DNA of 64,000 nt, taken from positions 47,763 to 111,762 of the forward strand of contig WELA01002374.1 of assembly GCA_009602735.1 (NCBI GenBank). The letters are read 5' to 3'. The stretch is from Mesotaenium endlicherianum. Lineage: Eukaryota. The position numbers were made by a program, and so were the translations under genes. The notes below the pieces were generated by a model, which was not told the origin of the DNA, ran no database searches, and saw only the letters and a program-made list of their open reading frames with translations. Within the stretch, counting starts at the first letter, position 1. The number at the start of each line of letters is the position of its first letter. Positions 63,698 to 64,000 of this stretch are shown piece after piece.

Positions 63698-64000
63698 CCC
63701 CGCAAATCCGTCATTGAGAAGCTCGCATCCTTGAGCGCAGGAAGGTTGGGAGGTGCAGATAATCCGGTCCCTTGCCTTGGTAAAATGTAGGTCCACGGGG
63801 AAATATTCACATTGATGCACAATGGACGTCTTCTTCTTACCAGATGTATCACTTTGTGTATCTTATGGTTGCCCTTATTTGATGGGAGTTGAGTTTTTGG
63901 CTTAAAAGTATATTGCAACAACAGTATCTTTCAGCAACCCCCACTGGACACTTGATTGTAGCCACTATGAAGCATGTTGTCGCCCATGCGTGCTCCTTGT

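Overview
Eukaryotic, intron-rich genomic DNA. The gene content suggests a streptophyte plant or charophyte-type alga (inference). There are three assembly gaps. Three host genes can be spliced by hand with consistent exon phases: (1) a minus-strand 2OG-Fe(II)-oxygenase-like gene heading into a U-box/RING-type C-terminus and running off the left edge (24-6614); (2) a complete 6-exon assimilatory nitrate reductase (14496-22373, minus, about 949 aa); (3) a very large plus-strand gene (50200-63697) with an N-terminal coiled coil, a roughly 6.5-kb low-complexity exon and a C-terminus resembling plant MEE22/EMB1611 and animal ICE1. A 26-kb nest of retroelements lies between genes 2 and 3. Chromodomain Ty3/gypsy element B (LTRs, PBS, PPT, 5-bp TSD) is inserted into an extra, unrecognised ORF of a second chromovirus, A. 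The nest also holds a related LTR (C), a decayed DIRS-type retrotransposon and two inverted copies of a 1.25-kb LTR-like repeat (D). D shows self-priming-like geometry and an internally flipped segment. Between genes 1 and 2 lie a solo LTR, a gypsy RT relic and a probable hAT relic. All homology calls are from motif recognition by eye; no searches were run.
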